Below, piece by piece: positions 23,100 through 35,699 of a stretch of DNA of 64,000 nt (the stretch's first letter is position 1; every line of letters starts with the position of its first letter). Source of the stretch: Octopus vulgaris (taxonomy: Eukaryota). The notes below the pieces were generated by a model, which saw only the letters and a list, made by a program, of their open reading frames with translations, was not told where the DNA came from and did no database searches. Position numbers and translations under genes: made by a program. The stretch lies in assembly GCA_951406725.2 (NCBI GenBank), contig OX597816.1, positions 173,910,001 to 173,974,000 on the forward strand, written 5' to 3'.

Positions 23100-23520
23100 T
23101 ACTTCAATGGCTGAGGCACCTAGTAGTGAATTCAATAGCCATGAGTGACGAATGAAGTCAAATAACTTTTTATACTAACCCATACTGTCACAAAGTTTCC
23201 AGTGTTTTCTTACTTCAGACAGCATAACTAACCGAAATCTGTTTGATGCATCCACACACTGCTTTCTTTCCGCCTGCTTTTCAATGGTTATATCATCAGA
23301 CTAGAAATGGTCTTGGAAGAATTCACTCAGACTGCTTACATAGGCAAGACAGTAGTTTCATTCTTGGCCACAAGGTTTCGTTGTGTTGAGACAAATTAGT
23401 TTGGTATTTCAATCTAACCTTCCATAATTTTTGAAATATATGCATAAGTGACTTTCTGTAAATAGTCAATGTTTTGCACCAGTACCCAACTATGAGGTCT
23501 CTTCTTGATGCCTTCCTCTT
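23100..23520 (-). pseudogene. Second R4/Dong-like RT fragment
   Basis: Across frameshifts AGGKKAVCGCIKQ...TVWV..KKLFDFIRHSWL, resembling EQAGG..G.WGC and W.DYKKAFDSVPHSWL. Confidence 0.6.
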
Positions 23521-23622
23521 ATGCAGCTTTTACACAGCATTAGTGAAAGTTTCAATATCAATTATATAGGTTTAACTGCTGATGCTAGTGCAACATTCTT
23601 AAGTTATTGTGTCTATGTTGCA

Positions 23623-23860
23623 TTCACCAGACTTAAATCCAATCAAAAACCTCTGGAGCATATGCCAATAGTGGCTCCTCTAATCAGCATAAATTCCACC
23701 AGATTTTGGCACATTTCCTTAATTTCACCATCTCTGTATCACACTTAGATAAAAGATTGAATGATTTCTTGTTTCATTTGAGGTCATAGTGTTTTATGCA
23801 CTTTTTGCATATACTCCAGAAGTTTTCAATTGGATTTAAGCCTGGTGAAAACAGACCAAT
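23623..23860 (-). pseudogene. Tc1-like transposase C-terminal fragment with an inverted duplicate of the catalytic motif
   Basis: Minus strand SPGLNPIENFWSICKK...EIKEMCQNLVEFM; plus strand SPDLNPIKNLWSI at 23623-23665. Confidence 0.75.
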
Positions 23861-23989
23861 TAAACAGTGTTAAACTATGTTGATGAAAGGAATCTGCTGA
23901 ATGCTTGTTGACAGGAACTGGTGTATTATGTTGCTGAAAAATGCCACCACAATTTGGATACTAGACATTTAATTACAGCACAACACAGT

Positions 23990-24440
23990 TCAACAAAGCA
24001 TAAAACACAGTTTCCTTTTCAAGGCCACCACACTTTGGTAGCGTATAAGAGTTTAGTATAGTCCTCAGCATTTCTCAGACAGAGTTGATGGGAAATTCGA
24101 TCAGACAAGGGATTGGACTTCAATTTGTTCACAGTCTTGATAACTAACTGTAGCGCATCATTCAATCTGCTGTTCATATTTTCTGCCGCTAAATGCTACT
24201 GGTGGGCCAAGCAATGAACAGTTAGTATCTGGTGGGAAATTTCAACTTCTGTATCTTCTTATCATCAAAAGATCTCCATCAGATGCGCAGGCAAGAATAT
24301 TACTGAGGGGGATATCATGTTCAAAAAAGGAAAGACTTGAGAGTGTGAAAAATAGTTGCACCTCTTGAATCAAGCGGCAATTTCTCTGAACAGTATTTCC
24401 TCACAAGGTTGAAGGTCTTTGTCCTTAGTTCACTGGTAGT
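23990..24440 (-). pseudogene. hAT (Charlie/Buster-type) transposase fragment
   Basis: IPLSNILACASDG...VHCLAHQ*HLAAENMNSRLNDALQLVIKTVNKLKSNPLSDRISHQLC...KLLY (DGA and CxxH motifs). Confidence 0.85.
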
Positions 24441-24494
24441 GAACAGCTGACACTAGTACATCTCGAAATTAAAGACGAAATATGTTACAACATA

Positions 24495-24683
24495 TAGAAT
24501 TTTCTCAATAAAGCCAAGAAAAAAATGATGTTTTATAAACATATTCTACCAGTATACGAAGTTTAAAAGTGTTTAGTTAACTAGAAATTATGTTACAAAG
24601 TGCCGTTCAAAAGGAAAAGATCCTAAAATTTTTTAGTTACCTAGAAATTATGTTAAAAACTGTCGTTCAAACCGAAAAGATCC
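24495..24683. mobile_element. Two tandem Merlin-like right ends
   Basis: ...GCCGTTCAAAAGGAAAAGATCC (24623) and ...GTCGTTCAAACCGAAAAGATCC (24683). Confidence 0.8.
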
Positions 24684-25322
24684 ACTCTCTTTCCTTTCAG
24701 TTGCTGAGACATGCTGTTAGATTTTTGTATTCTTTCTCCAACTACAAAGGACATCTTAGATAAAAAAATTTTCTTATGGTATCTACTCCACCACCGTCCA
24801 TTTATTTTCCCTTGATCATTTTATTCTTTGAAACATTTTGACTGAGATAACGTTAAGGACTTATCAGTGACTAAATTGTTCTAAGGTAAAATACTTTGAC
24901 ACTTAATGATATATACTATTGCCACAAAATATGTACAAAACAAGTGACAATAACAGCCTCTATATTTTAAATAGATATTGTGTGACCTATCATGAGACAA
25001 CTGTATCAGTGTTAATATATATTCTAAGATCAAGATACATGCTAAACAGACAAGGAAATGAAACGAATAGTGCATATGCCTCACCGCACTCACATATACA
25101 ACCTCTAAATGCATACGTACACACACACACACACTCTTCAAAGGGAGAATTTAAATAATTAAAAGCCAAAAAGTACGTAATACATACATACATGTAGAAA
25201 TACGTCCGTATGTACGTACATACATACAAACAAAGAAAAACGTTGGCAATAATAAATATCTATTTCAGATACTTTAAGAAGCTTAGAGGTAAGCCTCACA
25301 TGTAGAAATTATATCATATGAT

Positions 25323-25652
25323 CTCTTTTACTCTTTTACTTGTTTCAGTCATTTGACTGCGGCCATGCTGGAGCATCGCCTTTAGTCTTATTCTTTGTAA
25401 GCCCAGTACTTATTCTATCGGTCTCTTTTGCCGAACCGCTAAGTGACGGGGACGTAAACACACCAGCATCGGTTGTCAAGCAATTCTAGGGGGACAAACA
25501 TATATATATATATATATATATACGACAGGCTTTCAGTTTCCGTCTACCAAATCCACTCAGAAGACATTTGCCCAAGGTGCCACTCAGAAGACACTGAACC
25601 CAGAACCATATGGTTGGTTAGCAAGCTACTTACCACACAGCCACTCGTGCGC
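25323..25652 (-). mobile_element. SINE family B (internally deleted)
   Basis: Reverse-complement match to family B. Confidence 0.85.
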
Positions 25653-25941
25653 CTTCGATCATATATCAAAATTTAATATTTAATTTTCTTTTTGTTTTGT
25701 TATCCTGCTTTAAGAAGACTTTACTTTCACTGCTTCTTGCTGAAACATTTTAAATGAATAACAGAGATTTTCTTCTATAATAATAAATGCTAAAACGAAT
25801 TTCCGTGTGTCAATGTGTCTCACTTTGACCCCCTCTCTCACTATCCAATGACACTTTTACTCTTGCTGAGGTGAGAGTAATAGTAGGTATAGAGACGGTG
25901 AGGACGGTAGTAGGTTGACAGTTGAGATGGTATTGGGGTGA

Positions 25942-26152
25942 TAGCACGCCGGGCGAAATGCGTAGCCGTATTTCGTCTGCCGTTACGTTCTGAGTTCAAA
26001 TTCCGCCGAGGTCGACTTTGCCTTTCATCCTTTCTGGGTCGATAAATTAAGTACCAGTTAAGCACTGAGCTCGATGTAATCGACTTAATACCTATGTCTG
26101 TCCTTGTTTGTCTCCTCTGTGTTTAGCCCCTTGTGGGTAATAAAGAAATAAG
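25942..26152 (+). mobile_element. SINE family C (Nin/Deu-like central domain), 5'-truncated
   Basis: GAGTTCAAATTCC B-box; GCCTTTCATCCTTTC.GGGTCGATAAATTAAGTACC. Confidence 0.85.
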
Positions 26153-27294
26153 TAATAGTATGAGCTGTAGTTGTGATAGAGGGGGAGGCAACAGTGGTGG
26201 TGGTGGTGATAGCTGAGGTGGTCAAGCATGTTGGTGATGGTAAGGGATGTGAAAGACAGTGGTGATGGTGCTGAAGGGGAAGGCAATGAAGTCAAAGATA
26301 TTGATGGTGGTGGCATCAAAAGTCTGAACAGTGTATGTATGTCAGTTGTGGTGGCGATGGTGGTTGTACTGGTGATGGTGATGGTTGAAAACAATCAACA
26401 GAAAGAAAGAGGTTAGACAGAAAAAAAAATTGTACTGAGGCCCTAATGGGAAAACAAAAAAATGTTTATTATGAAGCTTTGCAGTAAGTCCCAAGTCAAC
26501 GTATATTCGACGAAAATTGTTCATTGCTTGAAAAATATTGGTCAAGCTTAATAAAATTTAATATGTGCTCAATGCATGAAGTGTCGTTGTTGGGCCCAAG
26601 GCCCAATGAAGAGCCCTCCACAGGAGTGAGCTTAAAAGTATGTTGATTGAATTCTACCCTGTATACCACTGCTATGTATTTTATCAACGTTCCTCCACCA
26701 TATTGCAGATAATCATTGGGAAATATGATGTTATTTTCATTAAGCTCAAGACCAGTTTTTCACTAGCAGCCATTTATTGAATCAACAGCTTTATCATGCT
26801 CATGCATAATGCATCGACCTTCTGAGAGGTATGTAAAAACATATTAAGGAATTTATATACAGAAATGTGAGATGGTCAAGCAGATAGGAGACTGAATCTA
26901 AACTCATATCAGTGTCATGCTAACCTTTCCACTACTCAACTCATATATGCAGAATTAGGATTGACAGTGTTTTACATAAAATATTGGCCTATATATTTAC
27001 TTCACTCACACACATGCATGCATGCACATGTACAGTTGCATAAGCACACACACATACACACAAGTGTATATGTGCACATTTAAGTGTATGAATGTATGGC
27101 ATAGAATTCATACATAAAACATAATTACACATATACATATACCTCTGTTGCTATATCTAGAAAAATTCATCTATGAATTACAATTTCCCAATACTGTTAT
27201 ATAGCCGAAAAATAATACTATACTACATATACAGATAATGTGTGTGTGCATGCGTGCACATGTGTATATATGTGTATGTGTGTATATATGTGTG

Positions 27295-27897
27295 TCATCA
27301 TCATCATCATCATCGTTTAACATCCATTTTCCATGCTGGCATGGATTGGATGGTTCAACTGGGGTCTGGGAAGCCAGGAGGCTGCACCAGGCTCCAATCT
27401 GATCTGGCAGAGTTTCTACAGCTGGATGCCCTTCCTAATGCCAACCACTCTGAGAGTGTAGTGGGTGCTTTTTACGAGCCACCAGCACAGGGGGCTGGCA
27501 TCGACCACAATTGGATGGTGCTTTTTACATGCCACTGGCATGGAAGCCAGTCAAGGCAGCGTTGGCATCAGCTATGTTCAGATGGTGCTTTTTACGTGCC
27601 ACTGGCATGGAGATCACAACTACAATTTCTATTTGATGTGATTTGATTTGATTTTGATGTACTTGACTCAGTAGGTCTCCTTAGATACGGCATGTCATCC
27701 TACAATCCAAGGTACTTTTGAGTGGGCTGGTTATGCGACACTGGTGCAGGTTACAGTTGTGAACTCACTTTATTTGCCGGGTCTTCTCAGTCACAGCATA
27801 TCTCCAGAGGTCTCGGTCTTTTGTCATTGCCTCTGTGAGGCCCAACATTTGAAGCTCATGCTTCACCACTCCATCCCATGTCTTCCTGGGTCACCCT
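27295..27897 (-). mobile_element. RTE LINE 3' end (ORF terminus, family A UTR and tail)
   Basis: Minus strand PRKTWDGVVKHELQMLGLTEAMTKDRDLWRYAVTEKTRQIK*, followed by the UTR and (GAT)n. Confidence 0.85.
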
Positions 27898-28412
27898 CCC
27901 CCCGTTGGCATTTCAAATGATGTGGACGGTTCCCACTGATTGATACCCAATCTTTACTCCAGCCATCTTGTCCTTCAAGGGTAGCATGGCATTCATTAGT
28001 GAACAGAACTGTTGAAAAATCTAGCTTCATGTATTCTACCTATTTCAGTCTCTTCTGTTTATGAACAGCCCACAGAGGGGTTCTTATTTAATATTCCTGG
28101 CTACCTGCTTCAAGAGGCAATACCTAGTACTTTTCAATACGTCTTCCATGCCAATTTGCAGACTTCTCTACCTATCAGACTTGGGTTCTGCACAACTTCT
28201 CTTTTCACACTTGACGAAGTACACTTGGAAGCAACCCTTAACTCACCTTTATTTGCCCTCGACTGGACAGAAATAGGAAACTGCACAAATTTCTTCACTG
28301 TTCAGTGATCTCTTCCCAGTATTTTTGATATTTCTATGGTTGTGTTCTCTTTTCCAAGCTCTGACATGATGGTAGACTTCTCAAGCAAGATAAGATCATG
28401 TTTCTGACTCAT
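27897..28412 (-). pseudogene. Tc1-like transposase N-terminal half
   Basis: MSQKHDLILLEKSTIMSELGKENTTIEISKILGRDH*TVKKFV...YMKLDFSTVLFTNECHATLEGQDGWSKDW (HTH plus first catalytic D region). Confidence 0.85.
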
Positions 28413-28808
28413 AACCACACTTAATTGGGCACCTGCTCAATAATTTGGGACAGCAGAAATATAGTTGTTACATGATAATGGCCACTATTTGTTTCTGTTT
28501 GCGCAGATCCAATTTATTTTAACGAATTTATGCAGATATCTGTTATTAACAGTCAGTGGGACAACAACTGGTTTTGAATGAATATACATTTATTTATTGA
28601 GAGAAGGATGATTTGCCTAATAATGTGGGATGCAGTGTATCGTTGAGGATTTATCAGAATAGTTAATGAAAATGGTCATGTGGAAAATATCAGATGCAAA
28701 AATTATCAAGTATAGCAATTCCGTTCTGGAATATTGGATAACTGATATAAAAGATATGAGAATTCATTAATTCTCTCTATTTTTATTATTGTTTTCAAGG
28801 AAGAAATA

Positions 28809-29041
28809 TATTTCTTTATTGCCCACAAGGGGCTAAACATAGAAAGGACAAACAAGGACAGACAAGGGGATTAAGTCGATTACATCGACCCCAGTGTGTA
28901 ACTGGTACTTATTTAATCGACTCCGAAAGGATGAAAGGCAAAGCTGACCTCGGCGGAATTTGAACTCAGAACGTATTGGCAGACGAAATACAACTAAGCA
29001 TTTCGCCCGGCGTGCTAACGATTCTGCCAGCTCGCCGCCCT
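28809..29041 (-). mobile_element. SINE family C, full length
   Basis: 17-bp TSD TTTTCAAGGAAGAAATA at 28792-28808 and 29042-29058. Confidence 0.9.
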
Positions 29042-29249
29042 TTTTCAAGGAAGAAATAACAGCCACTGTAGAACCTTCAGACTTGTCATTGAAATTCAGT
29101 CACAAGTTTTAAATAGATACCTAGATATTTTGGTAACATTAGCAAAGCAGGATTTATCAGTTTTATCATTATGAGTACAAAACGTTAATCAGTAGATATT
29201 AATTGTTATAGTGTTAGGACTTATATGTAAAGGAATAAAATAGAATTAG

Positions 29250-30310
29250 GTATATATTCTAAATATTTATTAGTTAGGTAGATGTCGGGGAAGGGGGTTT
29301 ATTATTGATAGTGTAGCTATGGGATTAGATGGGTATGTACAAGTGATCTGGTGAGAGAGAGATAAAGAAATATTACTATTGAAGTAAATAAAGTAGTTAA
29401 TTAAAATTTTGAAGATACTTAGATCTCTATGTGAATATATAAAATGCTTTTCTTGTTTCAAGGCTTGACTAGGGTATTTTATTTAAGACTGAAAAATTAT
29501 AGATCATGGTTTATAATCATTAAGAATGAGATAAAAAAAAAGGAGATATAGTAATTTCTATTTAAGGGAACAGAATAGTTATATAAATTTGAGAGACACT
29601 GATATTACTGTGTTAATATATAAGATAAAATAGTTATCTCACTTCAAAGATTGGAAAGGTTACTCCTGGAAGAAAGAGTAAATAAAACTATTGTTGTCTA
29701 TATGTAAAATATGAAATATCTATAGTGTTGACTTTATAAAAAGTGTTCATAAGTAATTATAACACATTTAAGGTAAAATTCAATTATAGTAGTGGGGTTA
29801 GAGGTTAGTGGGTATGTGCAAATATAATAGCAACAGAGATAATAAACTCATTATTTAAATTTGGAAAATGCATATTTTCTTACATTTTTTAATTGCATTC
29901 TCTGTCAAACCTATATAAATATGTTGTTATTTTTACCTTGAGTTATTATTGTACATTGGTATATTACATTTTTACTTTTACATGAATTTTAAAATAAACA
30001 ATTATTTTTTATCCTACAGTCACATTTATTATAAGTGTTATTATATGTTTGTATTAGATGAGAGAATTTTTTAGTTGTTTTTGTATTATTTTCTAAGTTT
30101 TATTGTTAGTACAATATCAGTACAATTACTAAGGTTATAAAAGTTAGTGAGGGGTACGTTAAACGAAGTGTGGTTAATCTGGTTATTACTATGGGTGTTT
30201 CTATTTAAGTAAAATTTATCTAGTTTCCTATTATTTATGGAAGATATAATGGTAAATAAGAAATGGGTTAGGCTAAATCCAATATTAATGGTTTTATTGT
30301 TAATTATTTC
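29250..30310 (-). mobile_element. Possible highly decayed Penelope-like element remnant
   Basis: KTINIGFSLTHFLFTIISSINNRKL resembles the PLE RT-EN linker; extreme AT skew like 61580-62700; weak evidence. Confidence 0.35.
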
Positions 30311-30319
30311 ATTATATCT

Positions 30320-30680
30320 AGGCGCAGGAGTAGCTGTGTGGTAAGTAGCTTGCATACTAAACACATGGTTCCAGGTTCAGCCCCACTGCATGGCACCTTG
30401 GGCAAGTGTCTTCTACTGTAGCCTTGGGCCGACCAAAGCCTTGTAAGAGGATTTGGTAGATGGAAACTGAAAGAAGCCCATCGTATGTGTGCGTGTGGTG
30501 TTTGTCCCCCCCCCCCCACCATTGCATGATGCTGGTGTGTTTACATTCCCGTAACTTAACAGTTCAGCAAAAGACACCAATGGAATAAGTACTAGGCTTA
30601 CAAAGAATGAGTCCTGGGGTCGATTTGTTCAACTAAAGGCAGTGCCACAGTCAGATGACTGAAACAAAAGAAAAAAGAAA
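30320..30680 (+). mobile_element. SINE family B (older)
   Basis: GGCGCAGGAGTAGCTGTGTGG head through the ATGACTGAAACA tail. Confidence 0.85.
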
Positions 30681-31016
30681 GATTAGTATTAAAGTGTTTA
30701 TGAATAATCTTGAATACTGAATTAATTATATTAATTTTGATTTACATAACATAATTTTGATTTATGGAACTTATCAGTATTATTATTAATTATAGGTGTA
30801 TTATAATCTATTTTAGACTTGATATATTTAGTTGAGTTAGTGTGTACAAAATTCTTATTAAATTTTGATTATCATTATAGAATTCATTATAAATTAATTT
30901 TTTATTTTTTATCTTAGATTTATTATTTGATGTAGTGTTTGTTATTCCATTTTTATGTTTCATGATATTAATTTTGCTTTCAATAATCTTATGTTTATTG
31001 TCAATACCTATTTCGT

Positions 31017-32272
31017 TAGTTAGTTAGTTAGTTAATTTGGCTCAAAAGCAAATAGCAAGGCCATGTAGGGGGACATGGAGTTAAGTACAGGGTGGTGTTC
31101 ATGTAAAGAGTTCAGGCCACTTGAGGTCCAGGGAGGCTTTGAACAAAGCGGTCGTCGGCATCTTCACCATCTCGTCTGGCAGCTTGTTCCACGGATCCGC
31201 AACCCGGACGGAGAAAGCTCCTCTCCTTCGATTGAGATGAAATCGTCGCAGGTAGAGCTTTTCGGAATGACCCCGCAGCCGACGCTCTGGAGCAGGAGTG
31301 AAGAACAGCTCTTTCGAGAGGTTACACTTTCCGCTTATGATGTTGTGGGCGAGAATGAGATCACCACGGCGGCGGCGTTTTTCAAGAGAATAAAGGTTGA
31401 GTGTCCTCAAGGTTGCCAGCGTCCTTGAAATGTCAGGAGTTGAGTTGCAGGAGTAGAGCCGACAGGCAGATGACAGCACTTTGACACGTTCAGACACAGG
31501 TCCCAATTGTTAGACCACTTCCAAATTTGGTGGAGGCATCGACGAAGATCCTCTATATTACCGCAAGGAGCGACCAGTTTGATATCGAGGGCAAATAGAA
31601 GGGTGTGTTGCGTGAGGTCGTCGGACAAGTCATTTATGAAGACTAAGAACAACAAGGGCCCAAGCACTGAACCTTGAGGCATGTCACTGCTCGCACTGGA
31701 GACGTCGGACCGCGAACCATTAACTTGGACTTGGAAGGAGCGATCTGAGAGGAAGGCACCAACCCATTGTATAATATCTGGATGGAAACTATATGCTTGA
31801 AGCTTGACAAGTAATAGGCGGTGGTTTACCGAGTCAAAAGCTTTGGCAAAGTCCAATAAAACGATGTCAACAGCATCACTATCATCAAGGATGCGCGTCA
31901 CCAATTCTTCCATTACTAGTAAGTTGGTCAAGCATGATCTCTTCGGCACGAAGCCGTGTTGGGAATCAGAGATAGAGGCTGTGTTTTGGAGGTGGAGCAT
32001 CATACTTTTCTTAAGGATGGTTTCGAACATCTTGCTGATTATTGATGTAAGGGAAACCGGTCGGTAGTTAAGCGGGTCTTCGCGGCTCCCTTTCTTGAAT
32101 ATTGGGCAGATTATCGCTGTTCTCCAGTCTGCAGGTATAACACCCGTCGCCAATGACATATTGAATAGTCGTGTTAAGGGCTCGCAGATGACCGGAGCCA
32201 ACGCTTTGATAACCCATGGGTGTATGCCGTCAGGGCCGTGACCCTTGTTGACATCGAGGCCTTGAATAACAC
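31017..32272 (-). mobile_element. CR1-group LINE 3' part (RT, internally deleted) with (CTAA)n tail
   Basis: GPDGIHP, YRPVSLTS, QHGF, LDFAKAFDSV, PQGSVLGPLLFLVFINDL, LFALD; RRRGDLI, RLRGH, FSVRVADPWNKLP. Confidence 0.92.
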
Positions 32273-32400
32273 TGGTTTCTAGTTTTATGTTTATTATTTG
32301 TGGGATTATAAGTTTTTTTAGTTCTGTTTTTTGTTTGTATTTAGTTATGTTCATATTATTAATACTATTATATTTACAGTATTCTATTTTATTTTTATAT

Positions 32401-32483
32401 CCCCTCTGATGATATTTTGCCTAATACAATGATATAATTATTGTAATTTAATCTTTTGGCAAAATTGAAACAGCTGTAAGAGA
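32401..32483 (+). ncRNA. Hammerhead ribozyme motif (Penelope pseudo-LTR type)
   Basis: CTGATGA (32406) - stem II ATTTTGCC/GGCAAAAT - GAAA - palindromic CAGCTG - TA^ - AGAG; stem I short and imperfect. Confidence 0.65.
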
Positions 32484-32555
32484 ATATGTTGGATTTTTGC
32501 AGTTAATAAATTATATCAATGCTACATCTCCATTTTCTGAATTTTCTTTATATCC

Positions 32556-32890
32556 GAGACCCCCTTCGGTCACGACACAGACCATGGGATTGCACCTAGA
32601 AAGTTACCCTCCCAGGCACAAGTTCGGGCAAGGTTGTTTATGGAAGGCCAGCAGTCGCCCATGCATACCAGCCTCCCCTCTCCACGCCACCAGTGTTATC
32701 CAAGGGAAAATCAAAGATTGATACAGCTTGGCACCTGTGACGTCGCAACTCATTTCTACAGCTGAGTGAACTGGAGCAACGTGAAATAAAGTGCCTTGCT
32801 CAAGAACACAACACGCAGCCCGGTCCGGGATTCGAGCTCACAACCTCACAATCGTAAGCTCGACGCTCTAACCACTGAGTCATGCGCCTT
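32556..32890 (-). mobile_element. tRNA-derived SINE family E
   Basis: Minus strand GGCGCATGACTCAGTGGTTAGAGCG...TCGAATCCC, TGTTGTGTTCTTGAGCAAGGCACTT; matches 35338-35673. Confidence 0.88.
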
Positions 32891-32894
32891 CATG

Positions 32895-32928
<34 letters not shown>

Positions 32929-32957
32929 GAGGACAAGACAAGCTTTCTAGTGCTGGG

Positions 32958-33177
32958 TAATAATCCTTTCTACTATAGGCACATGGCCTGGAATTTTGGG
33001 GGAGGGAGATAGTCGATTACATCAACCCCAATACTCAACTGGTTCTTAATTTATCGATCCCAAAAGAATGAAAGGCAAAGTCAACTTTGACTGAATTTGA
33101 ACTCAGAACATAGCAACAGACAAAATACTGCTAAGCATTTCACTCAGCATGCTAACGATTCTGCCAGCTCACCACCT
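32958..33177 (-). mobile_element. SINE family C-related (older subfamily)
   Basis: Same head and central domain as family C, different tail. Confidence 0.75.
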
Positions 33178-34392
33178 TAAGTGTTAGGTAATAATAAAAT
33201 GCATGCAATATATTATGTATGATGGTTGGCGGTAGGAAGAACAACCTGCAATAGAAACCATCTAAAAACACTTAACATACCAGCAAGACATGATCCTCAA
33301 TGTATCTAAACACAATGTATGTGTATGTATGTATATATGTATATGTATGTATACACGCATTCAAATACATACACGTGTGTGAATGAGTTTGAATTATTGA
33401 ACCACAATAACAACTATTATTACTAACTGCCAGAATTTATACTTCACTATCATATAGCAATCATGGTTTGTTTTGAATGAAAGGTTTGAGTTATTGCTTA
33501 AATGTAATTGTTTCAAAAAAGTCCTTTGAACGGTGTTTTAATGGTTTTGCAGCTGTTGAATCATCCACATTGAGATGTTGATCTCTTGGCTCATGTGCAG
33601 GGTGTCTAGTTTTACTGCTGTTTTGTTTATATGCTGTCATTTTCAATTTTAGTTTTCACACAGTTCATAATGTGCATTATCTACTTTTCTACTTTATCTA
33701 CTTTTCTGAGAAAAATACTTTGGAAAAAAATTTCAGAATATCTTTTTATGATCAAAAGATAGATTATTATTCCCTTAAGAACAAAGAATCCAACAATATA
33801 AACCATATTTTTATATATATCATTCCTATATTTCTCACACATGCATGGAATATTTGTTAAAACTGATAAATCCTGCTTTGCTAATGTTACCAAAATATCA
33901 ATTTAAAACTTGTGACTGAATTTCAATGACAAGTGCAGGATCTACAGTGGCTGTTATTTCTATCGTGAAAATAATAATAAAAATAGAGAGAATTAATGAA
34001 TTCTCATCTCTGTCACATTGTTAAATCATTATGCATGCCTAGATTATTTCCAGACTGGATATAAGTAATTCTTTGTTAGCGTTTGTTGGCCAAGCATCAA
34101 TAAACTATTCCACATTCAGAATGCTACACTCTATCTTGTATTGAATATGCATAGTTGTAAAACTATCAGATATTGCTGATTAAAACATCTAACAGCAACA
34201 TAAGCAAATCTTACTTGATACTATTTTGAAATTCCTTCATGTTAATTTTTTTCAAATGTAATACACTGTTGTTCTCCAATCATAAATTCTTCACAATACT
34301 GAAGGATTGCATTCCTAAAAACTCTGCAGTAAAGTAGCATTCCTTAATGTAATTTCTATTTCCCATTGACTTCCATGTTATAAATTGAGATG

Positions 34393-34776
34393 AGAGGCGC
34401 AATGGCCCAGTGGTTAGGGCAGCGGACTCGCGGTCGTAGGATCGCGGTTTCGATTCCCAGACCGGGCGTAGTGAGTGTTTATTGAGCGAAAACACCTAAA
34501 GCTCCACGAGGCTCCGGCAGGGGATGGTGGTGGACCCTGCTGTACTCTTTCACCACAACTTTCTCTCACTCTTACTTCCTGTTTCTGTTGTACCTGTATT
34601 TCAAGGGTCCGGCTTTGTCACTCTTTGTGTCACGCTGAATATCCCCGAGAACTACATTAAGGGTACACGTGTCTGTGGAGTGCTCAGCCACTTACACGTT
34701 AATTTCACGAGCAGGCTGTTCCGTTGATTCGGATCAACCGGAACCCTCGTCGTCGTAACCGACGGACTGCTTCCAT
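34393..34776 (+). mobile_element. SINE family D, full length
   Basis: A box TGGCCCAGTGG, B box GGTTTCGATTCC; TSD ATAAATTGAGATG. Confidence 0.92.
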
Positions 34777-35337
34777 ACATAAATTGAGATGTATTCCAAT
34801 GGAATTTTTTCAGAAAAATTGGAATACGAACACTTTTATACACATACACACACACACACGAAAGCTGTTTTTAAACTAATTCAGGATTAGATAAGAATAA
34901 ACTTTTAACACTCAAATGATCTTTGTGTTTGTTAGCACATTATATCTAGTCAACTCATTGATCCATACACTCAAGAATTGTTCTGTATCAAGCAATATAT
35001 CAGGTCTAAGTAAGTGTCTGGGCAGTAATGGAATAACCTTTTTAAATCATTATGTTTAATGTCCAACATAATCTCTTTACAACTCCTTTTCAAAGTATGG
35101 CTTTCACTTCCACCGATGGCTTCTTTCCAATCATCTTGAATAGGGATAATGCACTAAACTGTATGTACTGCATATTTTTAAAAGTTAAGTCCAACACTAG
35201 TAGTGGTAAACAAGAAATTTATGCTGCTGCTGTGATAGTGGAGAAAATCTCACAGAAACAATTATAAGGAGGAAATCCACACAAAATATATTTTATTTCT
35301 AAAAAAGAATTTTATGTATTTTTATATATATAAATTA

Positions 35338-35673
35338 GGCACATGGCTCAGTGGCTTGAGCGTCGAGCTTACGATCGTGAGATTGTGAGTTTGAATCCTG
35401 GACTAGGCTGCATGTTGTGTTCTTGAGCAAGACACTTTATTTCACATTGCTCCAGTTCACTCAGCTGCAGAAATGAGTTGCAATGTCACTGGTGCCAAGC
35501 AGTATCAGCCTTTGCCTTTGCTTTTCCCTTGGATAACACTGGTGGCATGGAGAAGGGAGGCCAGTATGCATGGGCGACTGCTTGTCTTCCATAAACAACC
35601 TTGCCTGAACTTGTGCCTGAGAGGGTAACTTTCTAGGTGCAATCCGATGATCAGTCATGACCAAAGGGGGTCT
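35338..35673 (+). mobile_element. SINE family E
   Basis: Homologous to 32556-32890. Confidence 0.88.
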
Positions 35674-35699
35674 CAGCAGGCATACCAAAAACCGACGTA

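Noticed and set aside
15538-24623. 9-kb composite Merlin transposon bounded by facing TIRs
   Set aside because: Flanks TACAATTA / TAAAATTT match only 6/8 in AT-rich DNA, and the right flank is itself family sequence.
34393-34465. tRNA gene
   Set aside because: A/B-box head continues into a SINE body with a TSD; no complete cloverleaf acceptor stem.
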